DNA from: a virus
Taxonomy: Duplodnaviria > Caudoviricetes
Length of the DNA stretch: 64,000 nt
Reading direction: 5' to 3' (one strand)
IMG/VR virus record: IMGVR_UViG_3300048691_000224
Shown here: positions 30,501-42,500 of the stretch, piece by piece
Position numbering within the stretch: position 1 is the stretch's first letter
How the letters are laid out: every line of letters begins with the position of its first letter
Program-made: the position numbers and the translations under genes
The notes under the pieces: model-generated
Told to the model about the DNA's origin: nothing
Databases searched by the model: none
The model's input: only the letters and a program-made list of their open reading frames with translations

Positions 30501-31443
30501 ATCACGAGCAAGTTTTGATTCTGGAGTCACAATTTTCTCTCTGAGTTTGAACTTGTTCCAAGTTTTCTCATCCTCACACTCGATGACATTACCTTCAAGA
30601 TAAGCAACTAGCTTATACTCAAGGTTTGGTGTGTCAGCCAAGTTGAGTGTTTTATTGTACCCGACCGCTTCACAAACAGCCGCACAAGATTCTTTGTATG
30701 TAAAATGCATTTTGAATTTCCTAAACAGTGGCGATAAGGTAATTATACCCCAAATCTGATCAAGGTCAACAGCTATTTTGCAAGTTTAACATGAGTGCAG
30801 AACCCTTTGCCGTAAGATTTACGGTTATTGCGTTTGGTCTGTGTTGTGTGAAGCAGCAGCTGCTTCACACAACACTGTGTTGTGTGAAGCAGCAACCAAC
30901 TCTTAGAAAATTTGTAATTTTCTCTATACTCGAATGACATACCTGGTTTGTGTGAAATCCATTGACCATTCACGGAGCGGTTCATATGCCGTTTGAGGTG
31001 ATTTGCTTGAATTAGTTTAATTCTGGTGCTGGTCATTTTAAATTTCATTTAAAAGTTTTGATAGAGTAATTATACTACAAAATCAAGCAAATTTTACATT
31101 GTTACACACATTCGGTATATGTTCGTAAAATATATTCTCTCGCCATACGATATGAACCGCCATGATAATCGCGAAGATCCACAACATCTATACCCAAATA
31201 TTGCACATAATATTCTAGCGTAGCAATATCAATCTTTATACCCTTCTTTGCCTGCTCGGGTGATTGCGCCCAAACATATTGGTAAGTTCCAGAATATTTT
31301 AACCCAAATAAACGAGATATAAATTTGGATTCATATTCCAGTTTATCTTTGCGTTCAGCCTCAGCTTCATCGATCATCCGCTTTTCATATTGTTTTGCGC
31401 GAAAACGAAGCCAAGGTAAAATGTGTTCGATTTTTACTTTCAT
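27506..31443 (-). other. Cluster of small early hypothetical CDSs (27506-27889, 28038-28235, 28622-28879, 28881-29078, 29066-29314, 29538-30023, 30064-30276, 30279-30710, 30773-31048, 31102-31443)
   Basis: Short minus-strand ORFs interspersed with sigma70 promoters; some hydrophobic; no functional motifs recognised. Confidence 0.5.
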
Positions 31444-32240
31444 AATGTTACCGGTATATCTCCATAAATTAGTACATGTTCTGGATTTACTAATGTCACC
31501 AAAATCGGTAGATCTAGTTCAACAACTTTTGATCTAAAAACTGGGCTAGATGGTCGCTTGTCTGCTGGAATTTTACTCAGAGTAACTTCATCTAGTTCAA
31601 CTTCAAAAACTTTGCGTTGAACATATGTACCTCGCTTAAAGAAAATTGGGTAATCAGCCCATTGGATGCTCTTGCTCTCCAGCATTTCGAGTTTCTCAGA
31701 AGAATTCTTCTTATGTAGCTCTGCTTGTGAAAAGTATTCATGCGCTGCCATTGAGATTGAATTTTTTGTGGCGTCTTGTTCACGCCACAAAAAATTCAGA
31801 TATACATTCCGCAGTGTTGGCACTTGCCACATTCGGCAGTCGAATGTAGGCAGTAAATTAGATTTCTCAGGAATATATGTATTCAATGAATGATTGAAAT
31901 ATGCAGTCGCCATTGCAGCTAGTGTTGATACCAGCTTCTGATACTTGCCATCAAACATATACTCCGAAGAAGATTCATAATCGTGATACCAACACAGTGT
32001 GATTTCGTCAGATTGTGTGTACCCAACGCATGCCTGAGTATTCTCGACAAGATACTTTGTAGTATCGATCATCAGTTGAGACATACGTTCATCGTACGGC
32101 CTCTTTAATCCCTTTGTGAACTTAGAGAAACCTCGACCATCAAGCCTAGCCATTAGTGGCAGACCTTTCATGGCTTTTCTTGAGGTTTCTGCTTGCTCTA
32201 GGTCCTTGAGCTTGTCGCCAAGATTATCTTTTGAACACAT
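31440..32240 (-). CDS. thg1: tRNA(His) guanylyltransferase Thg1-like
   Basis: RLDGRGFSKFT, KRPYD, YTQSDEI, FDCR, WREQDATKNSI and FKRGTY; start placed at MCSKD (32240). Confidence 0.92.
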   Translation of the reverse strand: MCSKDNLGDKLKDLEQAETSRKAMKGLPLMARLDGRGFSKFTKGLKRPYDERMSQLMIDTTKYLVENTQACVGYTQSDEITLCWYHDYESSSEYMFDGKYQKLVSTLAAMATAYFNHSLNTYIPEKSNLLPTFDCRMWQVPTLRNVYLNFLWREQDATKNSISMAAHEYFSQAELHKKNSSEKLEMLESKSIQWADYPIFFKRGTYVQRKVFEVELDEVTLSKIPADKRPSSPVFRSKVVELDLPILVTLVNPEHVLIYGDIPVTL

Positions 32241-32242
32241 AC

Positions 32243-32800
32243 TTAAATCTCGTGTGTTGTTGTTTGAGGTTCTTCTAACCAACGAATAAATGATTTGATT
32301 ATAATGGGAATTTCTTCCTGTGGAGTTTCCCAGTGTGACGACCAGATATTGATTAATACTGCATCATCTGAGTCACGCTGTAGGAATTTACGTGTTGTTA
32401 CTGAAAGAACTTTCAGTACTTTCTTATATCGCCACATGAGCCCGCGGTTGAAGTGTTGGAGATATGTGATAACTTTTTGATCTAAGCCAAGTGACTGATC
32501 TGATAAGAAATCTGGTGTGAAGTATGATTGTTTATTGACTGGATTCGACGTCGATGAACACTCAATCGGAGTTTCTGAATAGATTGCAGCAATTACTTCA
32601 GCTTTTGTTAGTGATGATTGCTCAGGTTCCTTGTATTCTCTATATATCACACTTGGATTCGAACATTGGCTGTCTGAATAGCCTTTATCATCAGTTGGAA
32701 ATGTACAACATGAACCGGTAAAGGCACAACCACCACACCAGCCATCTGGACTAGCAATTTTAATATATTTTTTATCACCGATAATGGCAAAATCTGTCAT
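32243..32800 (-). CDS. Hypothetical modular protein with Cys-rich N-terminus
   Basis: WCGGCAFTGSCC module shared with 37331-37855. Confidence 0.5.
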   Translation of the reverse strand: MTDFAIIGDKKYIKIASPDGWCGGCAFTGSCCTFPTDDKGYSDSQCSNPSVIYREYKEPEQSSLTKAEVIAAIYSETPIECSSTSNPVNKQSYFTPDFLSDQSLGLDQKVITYLQHFNRGLMWRYKKVLKVLSVTTRKFLQRDSDDAVLINIWSSHWETPQEEIPIIIKSFIRWLEEPQTTTHEI

Positions 32801-33021
32801 TTTAATTTCCTTAAAAGTTTTGATAATCAAAATTAACGCAATAAATCAAATAAGATATTAATCATAAATGATGCAAATATACACCAAAAAGCAAAATTTG
32901 TTGATGATAACTCTGATTTTAGATCAGCTATGGTTGTTTCCATCTCATCAATAATGGACTGATATTGTTCTTCTTTATTTTGAATTTTTTTCTTTATCAT
33001 AATGTTTCCTACACTGTTACT

Positions 33022-33637
33022 TTATTTTTCAGAGGCGTCAACAAACAGTTGAATCAACTCATATTGATTTTTGAGCATGGTTTCAGCATTGTAGTATGCA
33101 TCCATCTGTCGTGGGAACAATTTGCGTGCCCTTTTAGCCATAACCAAAAAATACTTTTTAACTTCATCAGCATATTTTTTCTGCTTTTCGATAGTAAATT
33201 TGCCACGGTTCATACTTTGAAAATTATTGATGCGGTCACATAATTTAACTAAGGAGCCATTCACATCTGTGGTAAGGTTAGCAAAATACACATCATAATT
33301 TTCCCAACGATTTTTATCGAGGTAGTGTAAAGATTGCAATACGTCTTGACCAAATTGTTTGAGGATCCAAGCTTCACTCACTGCTGAGGGGTAATCTTCA
33401 AGTGTGTCATGTAAAAGAGCACATATAATGGCACCCTCCAAGTCTTGGACATCTTTCAATGTCAGAATGAACAGTGCAATCTCAAGTTGGTGTTGATACT
33501 CTGGGGTTTTACCGTCTTTTCGAAAGCCGCTATGGATATCACGGCCTTTTTCCAAGGCAATCAGAGCCTTAAAAAAATCCCATACCATGAAGGCGAAATT
33601 TGAGTGCGATGTAGAGTTTAGAAAATCTATCTACCAT
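33022..33637 (-). CDS. HD-domain (RelA/SpoT hydrolase / Mesh1-like) protein; frameshifted at a T7 run near its 5' end
   Basis: RKDGKTPEYQH, ALLHDTLED and LVKLCDRINN; upstream ATG (33637) with GGAG RBS is out of frame by one base at 33571-33577. Confidence 0.8.
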
Positions 33638-33672
33638 TTTTGCTCCAATTTGAGGTTTTGTGCTTATAGGGT

Positions 33673-34697
33673 CTATGCGGTAGTTGGCGATGGCTTGATG
33701 CGCCAATCTAAATTTTCGAAGTGGCGGGTGAGTGAGTGGTAGTCACGCTCTCGAATTTCTGCACTCGTGCCACTCAAATCAGTCCAGCAATCGAATGTGG
33801 TGGTGTAAAATTGTACGGCGACGTAGTTACGAATTGCAGTGAGGATGTAATTAAATCCAACAACAATAGGTTCATCTTCGGCGGTAGGTGCTACCTTCTC
33901 CCCTACCGGATACAAACCTTGCAGTTGTTCGGTGCACCGACGTAGGTAGCCTTGCCAAACACATTCAATGTAATTGTTTGAGTAGTACCCTGTTGGATCT
34001 CTTTTTAATTCCGCAGTTGCAAGTTCAGTTTTTTCAAACTCCTTGCGCCACTCTGCTATCTGTGCGTTTGTCTGTATCATTCTCGTGGTTCCTGGATTGT
34101 TATTTGCTCTTAGGGTCTATTATCCACCAACTTTTGCATTAGGTCAACCCTTATTTTCAGGAATATCAACTAACAAACTGGTATGCTTCAGGCCGCCACC
34201 CTTCTCAAATTAACGTACGTTCGTGGGTTCATCCAAATTTTGTTGCTCACCTCGCTCACTATGGTATTTCCGTCGGTGATGAAATTCGTCGTTCCGAAAA
34301 ACGAAAGCAGCCATTCATCAATTTCTTGACGAAAGGCTGGTGTAACATAGTCGCCTTGAGCCAGCTTCATCTTCGGCAAATCAGGTGTGACAATAACATC
34401 AAATCCAGTAATCATGATTACCTTCTGCGTATAGTGAGCACTTGGCGCGACGTTTGAATCATACAACATCAACCCAAGAATGGATATTCATTTTCTGACT
34501 TTCTTAATTAGATCTAGGATTTTATATTTTTGTACTGTACCGTCTCTATGTGTCACTTCAACTGGAATAACACCAATCGCGAATAACATAAACAGTACCC
34601 CGATGGTGATCAATATGTAGAACATAAAAAACCAGAGTAGGATTGTCGAGCCAACAACAATCGCTATCAATAATAAAATTTCAATAAGGTTTTTCAT
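33673..34697 (-). other. Three small hypothetical CDSs (33673-34080, 34188-34472, 34488-34697)
   Basis: ORF track plus RBS context. Confidence 0.5.
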
Positions 34698-34821
34698 TTT
34701 CTATTTTACCAAGCAGTACATGGCTCCTGTCATCTAAAACTTTAAATTGTTCCATAAATTTCGTCATTGTGTAAGGCGATAACCTTACAGATAGTTGGGA
34801 TAATTGCCTTCAATTTAATAA

Positions 34822-36048
34822 TCATGTTGTTTTATAAAAATCTATAAAACTAACTAAACGCTTCAACGAAGATGCCTTTGGTATTTCTACCGAAGGTCTT
34901 AATTCCTCTCGACGTTTGTAATCGGTCAATTCTTCCGATGAAAACCCATAAAGATCGTCAAGACCTTTATTTAAAATATTAACCGCAGCGTTTAAGTCTC
35001 TATCATGATTTGTTCCACAAGAACTACAAACCCAATCTCTTATGTGTAAACCCATATCAGTTTCTTTATGACCGCAATTAGAACACGTCTTTGAAGATGG
35101 ATACCAACGATCAATTTTCTGAAAGGACCTACCATACCAGTTCGACTTATATGCAATCATAGAAACTAGAGTCGACCAAGAAGCGTCAGAAATTGACTTC
35201 GCTAATTTTCGATTCTTAACCATCCCTTTGATATTCAAATCTTCCATGCATATGGTGTCATAATTATTAACTAACCACGTGGATAAGTTTTGATAAACCC
35301 AGTTTCTTTGATTAGATAATTTAAGATAAGACCTTGCAACTTTTAATCGTTGCTTCTCATACCTAGAACTGCCATTCACCTTTCGACTTAAATGCTGCTG
35401 TTCTCGTTTTAGTTTAGATTGGTTTTCTCTAAACCATCTTGGATTTTCAATCTTCATACCATTACTCATGATGCAAAGATGTGTAAGGCCCAAGTCAATA
35501 CCGATTGAGCGACCGGTATTTTGTTTCAACTCTATAGTTTCTTCAACTAGAATTGAAGCAAAATATTGGTTTGCTTTATTTTTAGAAATTGTTACATTCT
35601 TTACAGCGCCGGAAAACTTCCTATCTATAGACATTTTGATTGGCGTCATCTTAGGAATTTTAATCCTTGAAGTCTCAAAATTTACTTGAGAATTTGAAAA
35701 TTTCTGACCCGGAATACGAAAAGAGTCTATAGAAACTCCACGTTTCTTAAACTTCATTCTGCCCAGTTTAGACTTACGAGTTTTGGAAAAGAATTGACTT
35801 TTAGTTTCTTCAAAATCCATACGTTTTTGTTGGAGTGCGTATGAAATCGAATCGTTTAACCAACTAAACTCAGGTGTATCTTTTAAGGTTTTCTCACTCA
35901 TGGGTCGGTTAGGCCCTTCTTTTGAGAATGAGTTGAAGTTTGCAACTAACTGGTTCCACACAAAACGCACAGAACCGAAGACTTCAGAAAGATACTTTTC
36001 TTGAGTCTTAGTTGGATAAATTCTGTACTTATACGATTTTAGTTGCAT
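34822..36048 (-). mobile_element. tnpB: IS200/IS605-family TnpB RNA-guided endonuclease with no adjacent TnpA
   Basis: HTH YKYRIYP..GSVRFVWN; RuvC IGIDLGL / ICMEDLN / HDRDLNAA; Zn ribbon CSNC..CSSC. Confidence 0.92.
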
Positions 36049-36106
36049 TTTTTAAAAGTTTACTGGCCTATACATCTAGTTATTGTTAGTTGGTGAACAT
36101 ATTTGA

Positions 36107-36556
36107 TCATGAATTTCCTGCGTATTGTGTGAGTTTGATATAATTCCCGTACAGAGAATTTGTTTCGTCGAATGAGCGATGTTTTGAATTATAAACTATT
36201 TCTTTGATACCACATTGAATTAACAGTGATGTACATTTTGTGCATGGTGAGTGTGTCAGAACGACCGTACCACCATCAATTGAAATTCCTCTACGAGCGG
36301 CATGGGCAATCAAATTTTGTTCTGCATGGATAGTGATTGCTTCATTGGTGACCAGAATTGGGCCAATCGCATGATCTGAATATTGCTCAAACTCACAGTC
36401 ATTCGTATGAAATCCACGCACAGTACCGTTATAACCACTCGCCACAATGTTTAAACTGGAATCAGTTACTACTGCACCAACTTGCAACCTTCTTGCAGAG
36501 GAACGGGTTGCTGCAAGCTCAGCCACACCCATCAGGAAATCAATTTCGTTCGACAT
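36107..36556 (-). CDS. cd: dCMP deaminase
   Basis: RLQVGAV, GYNG, HAEQN and SPCTKC. Confidence 0.92.
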   Translation of the reverse strand: MSNEIDFLMGVAELAATRSSARRLQVGAVVTDSSLNIVASGYNGTVRGFHTNDCEFEQYSDHAIGPILVTNEAITIHAEQNLIAHAARRGISIDGGTVVLTHSPCTKCTSLLIQCGIKEIVYNSKHRSFDETNSLYGNYIKLTQYAGNS

Positions 36557-36568
36557 TCGATTGATATC

Positions 36569-39500
36569 TTACTGCATTGCAAATTTGTTTGCAAAGACAC
36601 CAACTGCTCTCTGTGAATTACGGCGTACAAATTCAGCATCAATTTCGTCCAGAACTGCACTTGCGTCTGCGATGGTTTGTAGTGCTTCATCGCGTTCTGT
36701 TGTGTACATTGCCACTGCATCATGCAGTGTTGAGTCTGCGAGTGTTGTTAGGTCTACGTGGTTCATTTTAATTAACTTTCTTGATGTGGCTTGCAGTTTC
36801 TACAATTGATTTTAACGTTGGGGCATCGGCCCAGCATCGTCCGCGTACCTCTGCAGCATTCACGTGAAGATCATACCCAACCCCACAATCCGCGAATACT
36901 TTAACCACTTTACCACACAGTCTTGTGGGTGGTAATGAGTACGGTGCACGAAGAAATTTTCTAGGCAGTTCATATTCAATTTCATCCCCAAAACAGATTC
37001 CTGTTCCGTCTGAATAATGATATCCAGTCAGTTCACGCTCATCATATTCTGACTCCGGTGGTGATTGATGTTCTGTTGCACCTTCAAACTTTTCTTTCAG
37101 GCGAATATATGTAGAATATTCATCTTCCGTATCGAGGAGATAATGTGTAACTTTATCAATTTCAGAATGATGTGTGGAATTCAAGCCATTAACGCTCGCA
37201 TATGCGTCCAAAACTTCTTTGACAGAAAACTTTGTTGGTTCTTGTTCAACAGGAGTTGACTCAGTATACATTGGTTGTTCCGCTGGACTCTTATAATATA
37301 CTCTCTTATATTTCGCTTGTGAAAACATAATTATTTTACCTTGAGTGTGATGAAAGTGTTAGTGAGTTTGTTAGTGACTGCCTCTGCTTCTTTACGTGTA
37401 GCGAATGTTTGATAACAAATCACCACACCATTAAGATGAATTCTAACAATACACTGTTCCTGAATTACATCTGGCTCCACAAACTCAGCAATTTTCTGGC
37501 CATTCATGTACCAGAACTTTTTCGGTTCTGGTTTGATGCGATACTCGAAATCAACATTCCAAGAAGTATTGGCGCTAGCATTAATCCAAAAATCAAGAAC
37601 TGAAGCTCGATATTCTAATTGTTTTGGCTTGCCGGCTAATAGCGACTCAGTGTATTCGCGCCATACAGCATGATGCGGGTGGGTTGATTCGTAAATTTCA
37701 GGAGTTTTCATAGTTTCTTGTTTTGGTTTGCGTATGAAGATATAATCTCCACCTTCACATTCCGTATTGCATCCGTTGATAAATGCACACCCAACACAAC
37801 TACCAACTTTTGCGGTTTTAATATATCCATCAACATTTCTCATTTTATTCTCCAATTTCCACAGTCACAGTTTCACCAATCCACTTAACAAAATCTGGGT
37901 ATTCTTCACATTCTTTCTGAAGAGCAATACTTGCAGAACTACATACAGAAACATCGAATGTACCGGCTAAGTTGGTATACAAAAAGCAACGATACGAAAT
38001 AGTACGTACTTCTGGTTTCAACCTAAACACAACATCACAGTGTGCGTAATAAATTGCTTTGAGTTTTACAATTAAAATGTATGGTCTTCCTGCGAAAGAA
38101 TTTATCCAATTAATCTGATCGGTACTGTTTTGAATTGGTACACCATCGATGACGGCTTTCATTGCTTCTGCTCTAGTGATAATCATAATTTAAATTCCTA
38201 TGTTTAGTGTAACGTATGTGTGATCGACAAAACTATCATCCATCTTGATTTCACGCTTTTCGACGGGTTCAAATGTTTGGATATATTTGTTCGTACCTGG
38301 CATTTGAACAATCGCAGCATCAGGCAAATCTTTAATGAATTCCTTGAGATCTTTCACAGTCAGATAGTTCATTAATAATCTCCGTAAAGTTCATCATAAA
38401 TTTTGTCGGAATTCTCGTACCCGGTTCTCCATGAAATAAAGCATAACTGAGTCACCAATTCTGAATATTCAGTTTTATTTCTAGTAAAGTTTAGGTATTT
38501 TGAATCAATATTTTTCTCAAAAATATTCATTAAATCCAGTGTCATCATTTCAATGAGTCGCTCTACACCTGGAAACATACCACACTTGTCACCATCGCCA
38601 TATTTGCAACCGTATTTGTATTCACCTTGATAGCAGTGTGTTGAGCAAGCCATATCAAGTACCCTCTTTCAAGATATAGAGTTGTTTAAGTAACTTAGCT
38701 GCATCAATAACAGTGATATATTCTGTAACATATCTTTTTGGGCCATCAAACGAATATTGCTCGGTCTCTCCAGTTTGAAATTCAATCTTAACCTTTGAAT
38801 ATTCAATTAGTTCAATGAGAAGTTCTAGTGTGATGTTCATTATAGCGCACTCATATTACAACCCAACACCATTACATGGGACATTGGTAATCATTTGGTT
38901 GATTGCAGTATGCAAGTTAGAATCAATCCGACTTACTGTGACAACACCAAAGCACAAACCATTTTCGGCTTTGGCATAAGTTATGCCGTCAACCAAACTT
39001 TGAGCATCTTGTGGTTTCGTCTCTTCAACAGCAGGTGTACGCGCAATTAGTGTTACCGTAACACTAATTGCGGCAATTAGTGTTACCAAAATTAGCAAAA
39101 ATAAAAATTTATATAGTTTCATACTATCCTTTATAATAACCTTCAATATCAAATTCTTCAATCAGTGAATCTAACCAACGATGTCGAAATTGTTGTACAT
39201 TTTTATATGTAAGCTGGGAGCGAGGCACTTTAACAACTTCACGTAGATAAGTTTCTACAGAATGTGGAAATGCTTTATCTGGTCGCTTGGGGAATCGTGA
39301 CATAATGATGCTTCTACAAATAGCATTAACGTCACGTTGATAATCACAATAAGAAAAAGCCATAACATCAACAATAGCATTACAAATATGCATTTGTGTT
39401 GTTGATCGACTATATGAAGTAGACCCATCACACAGTCTGGATTTAGCTGATTTAAAATAATCAGAAATATTTTTATTTGATATTTTCATATAATTCCAAT

Positions 39501-42500
39501 CACCAAGATATGTGCACAACTGGGGTAGTAGAAGGAACTTTGTTATCTTCTGAATCAAAAACGAATATATCAAGGTCAATAATTTTAACCTGATATCCAA
39601 GTTCTTTTAATTTCTTCACAACAGCGTATTGCTTCAGTGTAAATTCTGGTGAACGGAATGGGACTTTTTCTACCTTGAAGAACTCATTGGCAAGATATGC
39701 ACGAGAACCTGAGTACAATTCAATTGCTTTCTTACCAGTCTCAGCAATGCGGCGTACTTCATCCGAGATGCTAACCAAGACTGCATCATGAGTTGCATCA
39801 GATTGTTCGGTTATCTCTCGCGCTTGTTTAGCAGTTAAAAACATAATAATTCCTTAATAAACTTCACCACAAGCAACCCACCACAATTCATACCGTTGAA
39901 GTCACCACATCCATTTTCTTCGATGTGGGTAATGGCTTCATCTTCTGCGTTAAATGACTTCATTCATGTATTTCCTTTGTTTAACTTGCTCTTAGGGTCT
40001 ATTATACCCTAATTTCACATCAAGTCAACACTTTATTTCAAATTTCTTCAATTGTTCGAATGGTTTGAGCCGCAAATGTTGTATTTGCTGCAGTACGAAG
40101 CTCGCTGAGCAATTTTTTATTACTGTCTGTATCGTAGATACTTGCAACACCTTCAGTAATCTGTTGATTAACAGAACCCGTCGGATACACATTGTAGAAA
40201 GTTGGGTATGGTAGGTGTGCGTGTTTGTATTTGACAATAACAAAGTTTACTAGTTTAGTTTCAAGTACCATCAGTATTCTCCAAATTCTGCTCTGCTGCA
40301 GTTACAAACTCGTCGAGTGTTCCTGAAATTACCCTAATGTGCCCCGAATAATCGGATATGGCTATCACATTACCAATTGAAATTTGTGTGGTATAACCCT
40401 CATCCATTATCGCCAGTACAACGTCACCCAATTGGTACTTCTCGACTGTCCACATTCCACCAATTGTCTGGTAATCTCGTGGCACATAATTGGTCGGTTG
40501 TTTGACCAGTGCTCTCAGGTCACTGAATGCCTGCGTTAATTGGATTTGGTTCATTCTTGTGGTTCTTTTGGTGTGAAGAAACTGTTCAACACATCCTCTG
40601 CTTTTTGTAGAGCATTACATTCACGATGATAATAGTCAGAAAAGTAGTACCCATCGAAACCCTCCCTACATTCATCAACAATACGCTTTGTTCTTAAATA
40701 TTCATCCAATGCTTCTGTGAACTTCATGATAAATTTCCTTCACCCGATTTTAAAGTTGGCCGTAGCCATCTGGATTATCTCCAAATTTCTTCTTCAGTGA
40801 TTCAAATGTTTCTCGCTCTTGTTCTAAGCGACGGGCATCCCGAGTTTCTTCCCCAACTGTTCGCATATGATATTCTTCATCAGTTTCTTCACGTTTGGCA
40901 AAAATTGCAACATAAGAATCATCTGAGTACATGTGAGTCTCTTTGCTGAGTGTTACATTACCTTTACCGTGAATTTCAATAAAATGATTCAGTTGATCGA
41001 TTACCGATTCAGCTGAATTGTAATCGTAATCTAGTGTTCCGACTTCAACTTTGATAATTTTCTTCATTTTTAAATTCCTTATGTTGTTTCGCTCTTAGGG
41101 TCTATTATACCCTAATTTTGAGTAGAGTCAACACTTATTTTACAAACCCAACAACTTTAATTCTTCTGGTGTCATGAGCGAACGAGCCTTATCCTTTGCA
41201 GCAGAAATCCTAGCTAGTCGCTCTTGTTCCCTGGTGCGCCTTTCCACAAGGTCATCAATTTGATTTTGAAGTGTAGAAAAATCATCCTCTAAATTTCGTA
41301 AATTATGACCAATAACGGAATGAGGAAGCGTGATTTTAGAGTAGTTAGTGAACACATTCGCATCTGTATCAAATACAAACCCATCTGGTAAAATTTTCAC
41401 AGAATTTACTCCGTGTGTTGGTACGACATTTATTTCAAAGTCAAACGCAAGTTTGAACAACTTCTCAGTGTATGTTGAAATGAACAGGTTTTCTTTAATA
41501 ATCTGCTCTTGCTCAAGGCGAATAATTTCTTCGATCTTAGTTTGTTTAGCTTTTGAAATTGGTTTAGTGGTCATTTTGAATTTCCATTTCGTTAATTGCT
41601 TACTCTTAGGGTCTATTATCCCCTAAACTTAAGCAAAGTCAACAGGTTAATTTGCGTTTGGTATAACAGCTACAGCTGATTCTAGATCAGCAAAGTGATG
41701 ATAACTTGTCAACTCGGTGATGTGAATAAACGTGCTGGTGGCGATGTCATACCCCTGCAATAGCAGTGGTTGACCATCTGGTGTTGGATCGGTCCGAAGC
41801 ACCGTAACGTCTGTGGGGGTAACTATGAACGTGTAGACTTGATCACTCGCTGTGTCCATATACTCATATACTGCTGATTTCACTGTCAATTCGAAACCAC
41901 TAACATTCATGGCACTTCTCCTGCTATGGCTGCGTCGATAGCAGCGTCAAGGGTTTCAACGTCACCGACCTTACTGATTCTGTGATGCGCTGCACCAATT
42001 GCAGTGTTGATGTTGTGCATGCCAATCTCAAACCAATCACCACGCAGCCACCGATACCGCCCTGCATCCATACGCAGCGCTTTTAATTCCTCGTTGATGA
42101 TGCGGTCAACTTCACGCGCCTCTGCTGTTGCAGCAATGCTAGAGTGATACAATTCAGTCTTAAGCGCTTCTACTTCGGCTTGCAGCTTTAAAATAATTTC
42201 AAGTAGCGTTACTCTTGGGGTAGCTAGCAGTGTTTGAGCTAATTCAATTTGTCCTGTTGTGTAGTTCATGTCTTTGCTTTCAGGTAAGCGTTGACAATTC
42301 TCAGAACAGCTTCCTTGCTGCTGGACGTTGTGGTGTGATACGCGGCTACCATCTCATCGGTGATGTCGGCGGTTGTAATAGGTTGCAGTGCTTTCTCAAC
42401 CATCCACCGCTCACGTTTCAATAACTGAGCCATACTAAGCGCAGTCTGCATATCTGTTTTATCAGGTCTTGCACCTCCTAAAACACGGCAAATGAACTGG

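Noticed and set aside
34700-34821. Definition of the TnpB right end and guide
   Set aside because: No unambiguous terminal motif visible; an empty-site comparison is needed.
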